64,000 nucleotides of DNA from Deltaproteobacteria bacterium (GTDB lineage: Bacteria > Myxococcota > Kuafuiibacteriia > Kuafuiibacteriales > Kuafuiibacteriaceae), in NCBI GenBank assembly GCA_040218735.1, contig JAVJQW010000043.1, positions 368,780 to 432,779 of the forward strand, read 5' to 3'. Both the position numbers and the translations under genes were made by a program. The notes beneath the pieces are model-generated. The model made no database searches, was not told the origin of the DNA, and saw only the letters and a program-made list of their open reading frames with translations. Shown piece after piece: positions 48,864 through 57,524 of the stretch. The stretch's first letter is position 1; each line of letters opens with the position of its first letter.

Positions 48864-49769
48864 ATGGGGGTCCTCCGGCGCATCTCGGACGGTGTGGAGC
48901 TTCCGCTCTCTGCGCGTACGCTGCTCGGCCGCGCGGCGTCGTGCACGGTGGTGCTCGACGAACGTTACGCCTCCTCCGAGCACGCGCGGATTCGATTCAC
49001 GAACGGGCGCTGGATGCTCCGCGATCTCGCAAGCCGCAACGGGACCTTCGTGAACGGCGAGCGCCTCGACAGCGGGCAGTCCTTGGCGCTCACGCCCGGG
49101 CAGCGCCTCGGGTTCGGCGATCCGGAAGCGACGTGGGAGGTCGTGTCGACGGGCGCGCCGCACATCGTCGCGACCGACGTCGCGACGGGCGTGAAGCGCA
49201 GCGGCCTGGAGGTCCTCGCGCTCCCCGACGACGACGCACCTCGCCTCACCGTCTTCGCCGACGAGCAGGGGCGGTGGGTCGCCGAGGACGCCGACGGTGC
49301 GCTCCACGATCTCGCGAGCAGCCCGCTCGTGCGGGACGGTGACACCACGTGGCGCATCGAACCTCCGGCGCCGGCCGACGAGACGCCGATGCCGCAGGTC
49401 GCGATGACCCTCGAGAACGTCCACGTCGAGCTCCTGGTCAGCCGCGACGAGGACACGGCCCAGGTCGTCGTCCACCTCCGCGGGATCAAGACACCGCTCG
49501 AACCGCGCGAGCACGCGTACGTCCTCGCGACGCTGGCGCGCGCGCGTCAGGAGGACGACACCGAGAACGAGAGCGACCGCGGTTGGGTACGCGTCGCACG
49601 TCTCCTCGACATGCTTCGCTGCGACGAAAATACACTGAATGTATGGATTCACCGCGCGCGTCAGCAGGTCGCGGCGGCGGGCGTCCAGGGCGCCGCGAAG
49701 ATCGTTCAGGTGCGTCGCGGCTACCGGCGCTTCGGGGCGCGGCAGTTCTCGCTGGGGCTCCTCGAGTAG
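48864..49769 (+). CDS. FHA-domain protein with C-terminal winged-helix-like domain
   Basis: 'LLGR..SSEHA..DLASRNGTFVNG'; C-terminal 'ENTLNVWIHRAR..VRRGYR' (OmpR-like). Confidence 0.8.
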   Translation: MGVLRRISDGVELPLSARTLLGRAASCTVVLDERYASSEHARIRFTNGRWMLRDLASRNGTFVNGERLDSGQSLALTPGQRLGFGDPEATWEVVSTGAPHIVATDVATGVKRSGLEVLALPDDDAPRLTVFADEQGRWVAEDADGALHDLASSPLVRDGDTTWRIEPPAPADETPMPQVAMTLENVHVELLVSRDEDTAQVVVHLRGIKTPLEPREHAYVLATLARARQEDDTENESDRGWVRVARLLDMLRCDENTLNVWIHRARQQVAAAGVQGAAKIVQVRRGYRRFGARQFSLGLLE

Positions 49770-49831
49770 GGCCCGTAAGATTACGGCCCGTCGTAATACA
49801 CTCCGCCGCGGGGGCAGCTCATGCTGTTTCC

Positions 49832-50932
49832 ATGACGCAGAACATCGACCGCCTGGACTTCAGTTACCGCAACATCGTGGACCTGACGGGGACGTTCGAC
49901 CCCTCGACGGGTGAGCTGAGCATCCTGGGCCGGTCGACCGAGCAGTTCGCGCTCGAAAACGGCGGCAATCTCTCCGACGACGACCGCGCCGCCCTCGCCG
50001 CGGACCTCTCCTCCGCGACCCGCGCCGACCGGGACGAAATGACCGAGCGCGTCACGGAGGCCGCCGACGCGGCCGCCGAGCTGCCCGAGGACTACACCGC
50101 GCTGGGGCGCTACGCGGAGGCCACCGAGGACGGCGTGATCGGTGAGGGGTTCAAGGGCCCACGCGTCCTCGCCGCGCAGGAGACCATGATCGCTCGCGGC
50201 TACGAGCTCGGGGAGGCCGGCGCCGACGGGTACTGGGGCCCCGAGACCCAGACCGCGTACGAGGCGTATCGAGCCGACGGCCACCCCGCGCTGCACTTGG
50301 CGCCGGGCGCCGAGGAAGAGGTCGACGCCGCCGAAGCGGTCGAAGACGAGCCCGAGGCCACCGTCGACGCGGGCGCCACGGCGCGCCGCTTCGCGAGCGC
50401 GTCCGACCGCTCGGGCGACTTCGACCCCGAGGGTGCCGCCGAGACACTCCTGGATCTCGACAACGCCTCCATGGCCGAGGTGCGCGACGAGCTCGAGACG
50501 AGCGGGCGCCCGATCGGCGAGCGCATCGACGCGATGGAGGGCGACTTCCTCGGTCAGTTCGCGATCGCCGGCCGCGACACGCACTACCTCGACTTCATGC
50601 GCCGGGTTTCGAGCGGTCGTCGCAACGAGGGCGACGCGGCGCGGGCCACGCCCGAGAGCGTCGATGCGTACGAGCGTCGGCTGGTCGGCGCGCTGGAGGG
50701 GCGGGACACCGAGGTCGTGAACCAGGTCTTCGCCGAGGCTTCGGACGAACAGCTCGCGGAGCTCGACCGCCGATTCCGCGGCGAGGGCGTCTGGGACGCG
50801 GACGGCGACGTGCTGCGCTACGACGAAGGCCTCGCCGACTACGTCCGCGCCATCACCCACGGCACGCTCGACGGCGGCGGCGCTCACGAACACGCGCTCC
50901 TCTACCGCCTCAGCGGAGCGACCGAGTCATGA
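49832..50932 (+). CDS. peptidoglycan-binding domain protein with helical (annexin-like) repeats
   Basis: PG_binding_1 motif 'GPRVLAAQ..GY..ADGYWGPETQTA'. Confidence 0.7.
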   Translation: MTQNIDRLDFSYRNIVDLTGTFDPSTGELSILGRSTEQFALENGGNLSDDDRAALAADLSSATRADRDEMTERVTEAADAAAELPEDYTALGRYAEATEDGVIGEGFKGPRVLAAQETMIARGYELGEAGADGYWGPETQTAYEAYRADGHPALHLAPGAEEEVDAAEAVEDEPEATVDAGATARRFASASDRSGDFDPEGAAETLLDLDNASMAEVRDELETSGRPIGERIDAMEGDFLGQFAIAGRDTHYLDFMRRVSSGRRNEGDAARATPESVDAYERRLVGALEGRDTEVVNQVFAEASDEQLAELDRRFRGEGVWDADGDVLRYDEGLADYVRAITHGTLDGGGAHEHALLYRLSGATES

Positions 50933-51420
50933 GTGAGCTCGCTCGGTTTGCGCTGCGCTTCGTCGAGCAGAACGACACCGGCTACGCGTTCGTTCCGGCG
51001 GCGCGTCGCGGGTTGCGCATGGCCCTCGACGATCTCTTCCGCGCGAAGGTCGACATCCGCCGCGAGGTCACCGCGCTCCTGGAGCTGGGCGCGATGTTCG
51101 AGCGGCGACACGGTGCACCGGGCATCGCGCGGTCGATCGTCAAGTGGATCGCCCGCGATGCGCGGGTCCTCCGGGCGCTAGGGATCCGCACGCAACGTGA
51201 GCTCGCCCGGGTGCGGCGGTCCCTGCTGAAAGTGCGCGGTGGTGCTCAGGTGGTGGCCGCGCCGCGCTACGACGCGCCGCTACCGACGGGGACGGTCAAG
51301 CTCAGCGCGTTCCTCGACCCGGGTCGCGAGCGCCCGCGCCAGGCCGTGAAGGCCCTCAGCGCCGCGCCCCGACCGACGCCGAGCCGCCGCCGACCGCCTC
51401 GCGGCGTCGTCCTCGCGTAA
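50929..51420 (+). CDS. hypothetical basic protein
   Basis: ATGA overlap with upstream gene. Confidence 0.6.
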   Translation: MSELARFALRFVEQNDTGYAFVPAARRGLRMALDDLFRAKVDIRREVTALLELGAMFERRHGAPGIARSIVKWIARDARVLRALGIRTQRELARVRRSLLKVRGGAQVVAAPRYDAPLPTGTVKLSAFLDPGRERPRQAVKALSAAPRPTPSRRRPPRGVVLA

Positions 51421-51421
51421 G

Positions 51422-51453
51422 ACGCAACCGACCGGCCGTCCCGTCCGATAAGG
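51422..51453 (+). promoter_or_regulatory. sigma28-like promoter motif ACGCAAC-N16-CCGATAAGG
   Basis: Second copy of the motif seen at 23770. Confidence 0.55.
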
Positions 51454-51458
51454 GCCAT

Positions 51459-52211
51459 GTGTCCACCGGTGTGAACGCCCGGCGCCAGCTCGCGCGGGCC
51501 CTGCAGAACGATCCCGCTGCGGTGGTGAGCCGTAGCGACGCCCGCCGCGTCGTGAACGAGGCGCTGCAGGAGCTGTCGAATGCCCCCGATACGGACGCTG
51601 CGCTTCACGAAGCGCGGCGGACGGTCGAAGCCGCCCGTGCGCTCCTCGGCGACGACGCCCGCGCGGAGCGGGAGCTCGAGCGCTTCGAGCGCGAGGTCCC
51701 GACGGTGCTCCAGGGCCGCGGCAACCAGCAGGCGCTCCCCGCCGCGCTCGGCCAGCGCTTCCTCGAGACCTTCGAGCAGCACGACTCGATCGATCCCGCC
51801 ACCGTGCGCCTCGGCGAGTCGTTCGCGCGCCCCGACGGGAGCTATTCTTTTCAGTATCGCGTCGACGGCGGGAGCCGACAGACGGGTTACGCGCTCCCCT
51901 ACGACGGCGACTTCGTGTTGTCGCCGGTCGACCTCACCCCACCTCAGGTCCATCGCCTCGCGCTCGCGATGCGCGCCCACTTCGACGAGCACTACGTGCC
52001 GAACCTCCAGCTCCACCCGGGTGAGGTGCGGGCGATCGTCGATCGCATCGTCCCCGAGCTGGTGCTGTTCCCCGAGTACGACGCCGGCTACGACCCCGGC
52101 GGCAACCACCCGGGCGCCCTCGTCGCGCAGATCGCGAACCCGTACAGCGACGAAGGTTTCTTCGTGACCTTCGACCCGGCCGCGGATCGCTACACCGCGT
52201 ACACGTCCTGA
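51459..52211 (+). CDS. hypothetical protein
   Basis: 250-aa ORF with host-like codon usage. Confidence 0.65.
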   Translation: MSTGVNARRQLARALQNDPAAVVSRSDARRVVNEALQELSNAPDTDAALHEARRTVEAARALLGDDARAERELERFEREVPTVLQGRGNQQALPAALGQRFLETFEQHDSIDPATVRLGESFARPDGSYSFQYRVDGGSRQTGYALPYDGDFVLSPVDLTPPQVHRLALAMRAHFDEHYVPNLQLHPGEVRAIVDRIVPELVLFPEYDAGYDPGGNHPGALVAQIANPYSDEGFFVTFDPAADRYTAYTS

Positions 52212-52212
52212 G

Positions 52213-53358
52213 TCACAGCCGCATCCCGCCGACCAACACCTCGGCCTCGGTGAGGTCGAGCTGTTTCCTCAGGCCGGCGTTCGAGTCCTTCACGATCGCT
52301 TCGATCTGCTTGCGCGACGAGTAGTACTCGCCGTCGCGCGGGTCCTTTTTGTCCACGTTCAGCGCGATCGCGAGCGCGGCGGAGGTGACGGTGAGGATGC
52401 CGCCGATGCCCATCCCGATGACGCCGACGAAGCCGCCGTCGAGGAAGTTGCCGTAGCTGCCGAGCATCACCACGCCGCCGAACGGGACGCCGAGCCAGGC
52501 CCACTCCCAGTCGTTGCCGTCACAGAACTCCGTGATCTCGGGCGTGCGCGGCGCGGACGCCACGCGGCGCGCGTCGCACTCGGAGAGGAGGCGCCCGCCG
52601 CGCGCGATGTAGAACGTCTCGCCGTCCTCGCTGTCGAAGACGTACATGTGTTGCTCCTCGTAGATCTGGAGCGCGCGCTCCAGCTCGAAGACCCGGTCCG
52701 TCCGCGACGACGTATCGACGATGTACCGCGGCACGTCCGGGACGTCGGGGATGTCGACGGTGGGCAACGTCCGCGGCGTCAGGTTCAGCGTTACGCGCAC
52801 CGGCGCGCGTGGGCCGTCGACGATCGAGCGGCCGATGTCCGACGCGGTCGACAGGAGGTTGTCGTCACTGCACGGCGCGACGGCGCGCTCGACCTCCGCG
52901 ATCACCTCCGCGCCGAGCAGATCGTAGAGCGATACGTTCACGCGGCACGTGTTGGGGCGCGGCGCGACGAGCGACGAGATCAACGCGTGTGTCGCGCCCG
53001 CGCGGACGCCGATCTCCGCGAAGCAGAGGTCGTCCTGGCACTCGCCGTTGACGGTGCCCTCGGCGATCGCCTCCGCGAGGTCGGCGTCGGGGATCACGAA
53101 CCAGCGCCGCCAGTCGAGCACCTCCGACGCCGCCACGCCGAGCTCCGCGCCGAACGCTCGTCGACGCGCTTCGGAGATCGGCAGCAGCCCGCGCACGAGC
53201 TCCGGCGTATAGGACGGGAAGATCGCGACCGCCGGCCCCACGTAGCGGCGAATGGCGCCGGTGGTCGACGACGACGACGTCGCCACCTCGGGCACGTCCG
53301 CCTGCGCCACCTCGGCCTGCGTGATCGTACAGAGAGCGATCAGCGCCGTCGCCAGCAT
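52213..53358 (-). CDS. exported/membrane hypothetical protein
   Basis: Signal peptide; 'CQDDLCFAEIG..AGA'; two C-terminal TM helices; TGATG overlap. Confidence 0.65.
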   Translation of the reverse strand: MLATALIALCTITQAEVAQADVPEVATSSSSTTGAIRRYVGPAVAIFPSYTPELVRGLLPISEARRRAFGAELGVAASEVLDWRRWFVIPDADLAEAIAEGTVNGECQDDLCFAEIGVRAGATHALISSLVAPRPNTCRVNVSLYDLLGAEVIAEVERAVAPCSDDNLLSTASDIGRSIVDGPRAPVRVTLNLTPRTLPTVDIPDVPDVPRYIVDTSSRTDRVFELERALQIYEEQHMYVFDSEDGETFYIARGGRLLSECDARRVASAPRTPEITEFCDGNDWEWAWLGVPFGGVVMLGSYGNFLDGGFVGVIGMGIGGILTVTSAALAIALNVDKKDPRDGEYYSSRKQIEAIVKDSNAGLRKQLDLTEAEVLVGGMRL

Positions 53359-56276
53359 CAGGGCAGAGTGTACGTCACCGAGAGGTCGTAGGGGGTGTCG
53401 GCGTCGGCGGGACGTACGCCGGCGTTCGGCGAGCTCCACACGCTGCTCGCGCGCAGCAGGTACGGCGCCGTCGTGGTCGCGGTGAAGGTGACGCGCTCCG
53501 AGAGCCCGTTGCCGTCGGAGAAGCAGCGGTCCGCCCCGAAGTTGACGCAGGCGCGCCGGACGGCGCCCGGCGAGAACAGCTCGAGGAGCATGTCGCCCTG
53601 GTCGTGCTCGATCCGCGCGTCGATGATCGCGCCGGCCTCCGGCGGGTTGAGGAGGTACCAGTCCTCGTCGCCGGTGTTCGTCCCGTCGCGGAACGACGTG
53701 CACATCGTCAGGTCCTCGATCATCACGGGCGCGACCGACGAGCTCGCGATGAGCGACGGCGTCGCCGCGCGGTTGTTCGGCTCACCGGCGTCGGGCATAC
53801 ACGGGAACATCGGCTGGAGGTCGAGGGTGATGTTGTAGTCCGACGAGCCGGTCGCCGTGGAGCGGAGCACCTGCATGTTCACGACCGCGAAGCCCTGACC
53901 CGGCACGTTGATGAAGACCTCGCGGTAGCCGATCTCACTCGGCGCCTGGCCGGCCGCGGGGAACGAGGTGAACAGCGGCGGGTCCATCGGGTTGCTGCCG
54001 GGGAGCCGCAGCTCCATCTCCAGGATGGCGTCGTCCGGGAAGAACGACAGCCGCAGCACGTTCACGAAGCCGCCCTGCAGGAACACCTGATAGAAGTCGG
54101 TGTCCGGGTCGCAGAACGTCAGGTCGTAGGCCTCGACGGGCGGCAGGCCGAGCGGGAAAGGATCCGCCGCGGAGTTGCCGCGCCCCTGTAGCTCCACCGC
54201 GTCCGGCTGGCAGACGCCGAGCGGCTTCACTTCGAGCTCGAGCTCGTACTTCGCGATCGACTGCGGAGACGTCCCGTACACGCGGAGCAGGTAGTCGCCC
54301 TCTTCGAGGAAGTTCCGGAACCCGATGTGCTCGCGCCCGGTGAAGCCGATGCTCTGATCGATCGGCGAGCTGTTCACGTCCACGGTGCCCGGCGCGTACA
54401 GCTTCATGTCGAGGTCCGCGCTCGGGTCGAAGGTCATCTCGGCGCGCAGCGACTCACCGAATGCCAGCGGGATGGCGTACCAGTCCTTGTCGCCGCCGCA
54501 GATCGTCGGGTCCGTGATCGGCAACGGCCCGAGCGCCGAGGTGGGCGTGGCCGTCGTGGGGACGTCGTTGGGCTCCCACGGGTCGTCGAGGCACGCGACC
54601 CCCTCGCCCGGGCGGACCTGCGCGCGGATCGTGTAGACGTTGGTGTCCGGGCCGTGGCCGACCACCCGGAGGAAGAAGTCGCCGCCGTAGGGGGCGTCGA
54701 ACACGATGCGCTCGTTGTCGGTCGTCGACGCCTCGACCCGCGTCGGCACCGTCGCGTTGGAGCGGTACAGCTCGAGGTCGAGGTTCCCGAGGCTGTCCAC
54801 GAACGACAGGTCGACCTGCACGCGCGACGCGGCTTCGACCTGACGCAGCACGAACCAGTCCGGATCGCCGGTGCACAGCCGCCCCTCGAACGGGATGTCG
54901 TTGACGAGCTGCCGTGCCATGTCGCGCGAGTCGCTCGGTTCGGCTTCGTCGTCTTCACAGAGGCTGCCCGGGTCGTGCGCGACGATCAGTTGGTAGGGCA
55001 CGGAGCGGATCGTCGGCGTGCCGAGGAAGACGCGTAGGTAGACGACGAGGTCGGTGCCGACCTCGAGCTCCACACGTTCGTTGTCGGTGGTGGACCGCGA
55101 CTCGTCGAGCAGCGAGCGACCGTCCTCCAGGAACAGCTGCAGCTCTACGTCGCCGACGTCGTGTTCGAAGCGAGCGTCGATCGTGAGGTACGTCCCGGCG
55201 GCGACCGCGATCTGATACCAGTCCTGGTTGCCCGGGCAGACGCGCAGCTCGTCGAAGAGCGGCCCCATCCCTTCCTCGAGCTTCGCCGCTTCCGCGATGG
55301 TGTCGTTCGAGCCGTCCTCGTCGATCAGGTCGTCCAGGCACTCCGGGATGCGGTTGACGCAGATCGGTGGGTCGAGCGTCATGTCGCAGAACTGGTCGCC
55401 GGGGCACTCGACGTCGGAGTCACAGGCCAGCGCGGGTGCCTGGCAGCGGCGCGTGCGGGCGTCGCAGATCTCCGGCTCGACGCACTCGACACACGTGACC
55501 TCGGCGGTCGACGGGCACTCGCTCGGGTCGTTCACACACTGGACGTTCGACTCGCAGCGGCCGAGCGCGACGTTGCAGAACAGGCCGGGCCCGCACTCTT
55601 CGCTGCTGCGGCACTGCACGCAGCGGCCGAGCGGGTCGCAGGTCTCGCCTTCGTTGCAGGTCTGGGCGCTCAGATCGATCACACACTCGCGCGTGCTGAC
55701 GAGGCACAGCTCGCTGCCCGGACAGGTGCCGTCGACGACGCAGCTGACGCACTCGATGTTCGCCGCGCGGCAAGTTCGGTTGACGGTGTCGCAGAACTCG
55801 CCGTCCTCGCAGAACTGGTCACCGTAGCAGCCGAGGTCCGGGACGCACTTGTTCGCGTTGCGATCGCAGATCTGCCCCGACGGGCACTGCGCGCGCCGCA
55901 CGCAGTCGCGCGCGTTGGCGGAGACGTAACACTTGCCGTGCAGCTCGGAGCAGAACTCGCCGAAGGGGCACGGGCGGTCGGCGGCGCAGTCGTCGCCGAA
56001 ACCTTCGCGGAAGATGCACGTGAACTGCTCGGGGTCGCCTTCTTCGACGGGGGCGTCGAGGTTGCAGAGCTGGCGTGCGTCCGTCTCGGTGCACTCCTCG
56101 TCGGTGACACACTCGATGCCGACGACACACGCGCCCTCCGGCGTGCATCGCTCGCCTTCGCGGCACTCCGCGTCGGTCATGCACTGGGTCGTCGGCGGTT
56201 CGTCGCTGCATTGGCACGCGCTCCCGGCGATGACGCCGAGCGCGAAGAGGAGCGGGGCGGAGCTCAGGGTGCGCAT
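53358..56276 (-). CDS. large lipoprotein: Cys-rich repeats plus five PPC-like domains
   Basis: Lipobox 'GSAC'; five 'EPN(D)..C..DxDW(Y/F)' repeats. Confidence 0.8.
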   Translation of the reverse strand: MRTLSSAPLLFALGVIAGSACQCSDEPPTTQCMTDAECREGERCTPEGACVVGIECVTDEECTETDARQLCNLDAPVEEGDPEQFTCIFREGFGDDCAADRPCPFGEFCSELHGKCYVSANARDCVRRAQCPSGQICDRNANKCVPDLGCYGDQFCEDGEFCDTVNRTCRAANIECVSCVVDGTCPGSELCLVSTRECVIDLSAQTCNEGETCDPLGRCVQCRSSEECGPGLFCNVALGRCESNVQCVNDPSECPSTAEVTCVECVEPEICDARTRRCQAPALACDSDVECPGDQFCDMTLDPPICVNRIPECLDDLIDEDGSNDTIAEAAKLEEGMGPLFDELRVCPGNQDWYQIAVAAGTYLTIDARFEHDVGDVELQLFLEDGRSLLDESRSTTDNERVELEVGTDLVVYLRVFLGTPTIRSVPYQLIVAHDPGSLCEDDEAEPSDSRDMARQLVNDIPFEGRLCTGDPDWFVLRQVEAASRVQVDLSFVDSLGNLDLELYRSNATVPTRVEASTTDNERIVFDAPYGGDFFLRVVGHGPDTNVYTIRAQVRPGEGVACLDDPWEPNDVPTTATPTSALGPLPITDPTICGGDKDWYAIPLAFGESLRAEMTFDPSADLDMKLYAPGTVDVNSSPIDQSIGFTGREHIGFRNFLEEGDYLLRVYGTSPQSIAKYELELEVKPLGVCQPDAVELQGRGNSAADPFPLGLPPVEAYDLTFCDPDTDFYQVFLQGGFVNVLRLSFFPDDAILEMELRLPGSNPMDPPLFTSFPAAGQAPSEIGYREVFINVPGQGFAVVNMQVLRSTATGSSDYNITLDLQPMFPCMPDAGEPNNRAATPSLIASSSVAPVMIEDLTMCTSFRDGTNTGDEDWYLLNPPEAGAIIDARIEHDQGDMLLELFSPGAVRRACVNFGADRCFSDGNGLSERVTFTATTTAPYLLRASSVWSSPNAGVRPADADTPYDLSVTYTLP

Positions 56277-57037
56277 CAGTTCGGTCCCGTCATCAGCACG
56301 ATGCGGTTGAAGGCGTAGGGGGCCGTCTGGCGGTCCGGGTCACCTAGGTTCTCCTCGATACGCTGCATGAAGCCGCGCGGATCGTACTCGATCCGGACCT
56401 TGCGTTGGTCCTCGTCGAAGAACTGGAGGGTGTCCTCGCCGTCGGACTCGAAGACCCAGCGTCCGGCGTTGTCGGACGGGTCCCCGACGCGCGGCCGACG
56501 GTCGGCGTTGTCCTGGGCCCAGGCGGCGCGGATGGCGTCGATGTCCCGCATGTCCAGGAAGAAGGTCCCGGCCACGGGGAGCTGTTTGACGCCGCCGGCG
56601 CCCGGCACCGGGGGAATCGCGGGGGGACCGGCGAGCGGGGCCACGACCCCCGCCATGGAGACGGAGTCCTCCTGCTGCGACGGGCCGAGGCGGCCGACCC
56701 AGCTGTCGTAGTCGTCGGTGGGGCCCCAGTCGTCGTCGGCGGTGGTGATGTTCGACGCGCTCCAGGTGACGGAGGAGGCCCCGGCGCCCTGGTCGCTGAC
56801 GCTGTCGATCGTCACGGTCATGAACCACGTGCTGTTGTGCTCCTGGTTCACGGTGATCCGGGAGGTCAGGATGCCCTGGTAGATGAAGGTCATGCCGGGC
56901 TCGAGCGCGAGGGGCCCCGTGGTGCCCCCGTCCACCGGGACGACGCCCGTGTCGGCGCGGCTCATGGTGAACGGATCGTCTTCGCAGCCGGCCGCGGCGA
57001 GGGCGAGCAGGGCGACCGGGACGCAGATGAGGCGCAC
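56276..57037 (-). CDS. hypothetical lipoprotein
   Basis: Lipobox 'AAGC'; translationally coupled to the downstream gene. Confidence 0.65.
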   Translation of the reverse strand: MRLICVPVALLALAAAGCEDDPFTMSRADTGVVPVDGGTTGPLALEPGMTFIYQGILTSRITVNQEHNSTWFMTVTIDSVSDQGAGASSVTWSASNITTADDDWGPTDDYDSWVGRLGPSQQEDSVSMAGVVAPLAGPPAIPPVPGAGGVKQLPVAGTFFLDMRDIDAIRAAWAQDNADRRPRVGDPSDNAGRWVFESDGEDTLQFFDEDQRKVRIEYDPRGFMQRIEENLGDPDRQTAPYAFNRIVLMTGPN

Positions 57038-57101
57038 GGAGTGTCTATACCGCTTATCCCCCTAGATGGGGTGCTTCGTTTTCGGTAGGATCTTCGCGAC
57101 G

Positions 57102-57524
57102 ATGGACAAGGACGGTGTCGAGCGTCGGCAGTCGCCGCGGCTCCCGGTGGAGTTGCACGTCGAATTTCGGCACCTGGGTCGACCCAGCGAGTCGTACGCG
57201 GAGATCAGCCGGAACCTGAGCACCGGCGGGGTGTTCCTCGACACGACGGTGGTGTTGGAGCTCGGCACGGAGGTCGCGCTCGAGATCGCGCCCGGCCCCG
57301 GCACGCGGCCGATTCGGATGCGGGCCGAGGTGGTGCGGGTCGAAGAGGAGCCGGTCGCGACGGGCTCGCGGGTCACGACGCGCACGCGCGGGATGGCGCT
57401 GCAGTTCCTCGATTCGGATCCCCACGAGATCCAACGTCTGGTAACGCTCGCCCAGCACATGACGTCTTCGGACGGACAAGACTCGGATGGAAGCAGCAAC
57501 GTCCCAGAGGCCGCAGGAGGCTGA
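57102..57524 (+). CDS. PilZ-domain protein
   Basis: 'ERRQSPR' (RxxxR) and 'NLSTGG' (D/NxSxxG) c-di-GMP motifs. Confidence 0.9.
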   Translation: MDKDGVERRQSPRLPVELHVEFRHLGRPSESYAEISRNLSTGGVFLDTTVVLELGTEVALEIAPGPGTRPIRMRAEVVRVEEEPVATGSRVTTRTRGMALQFLDSDPHEIQRLVTLAQHMTSSDGQDSDGSSNVPEAAGG

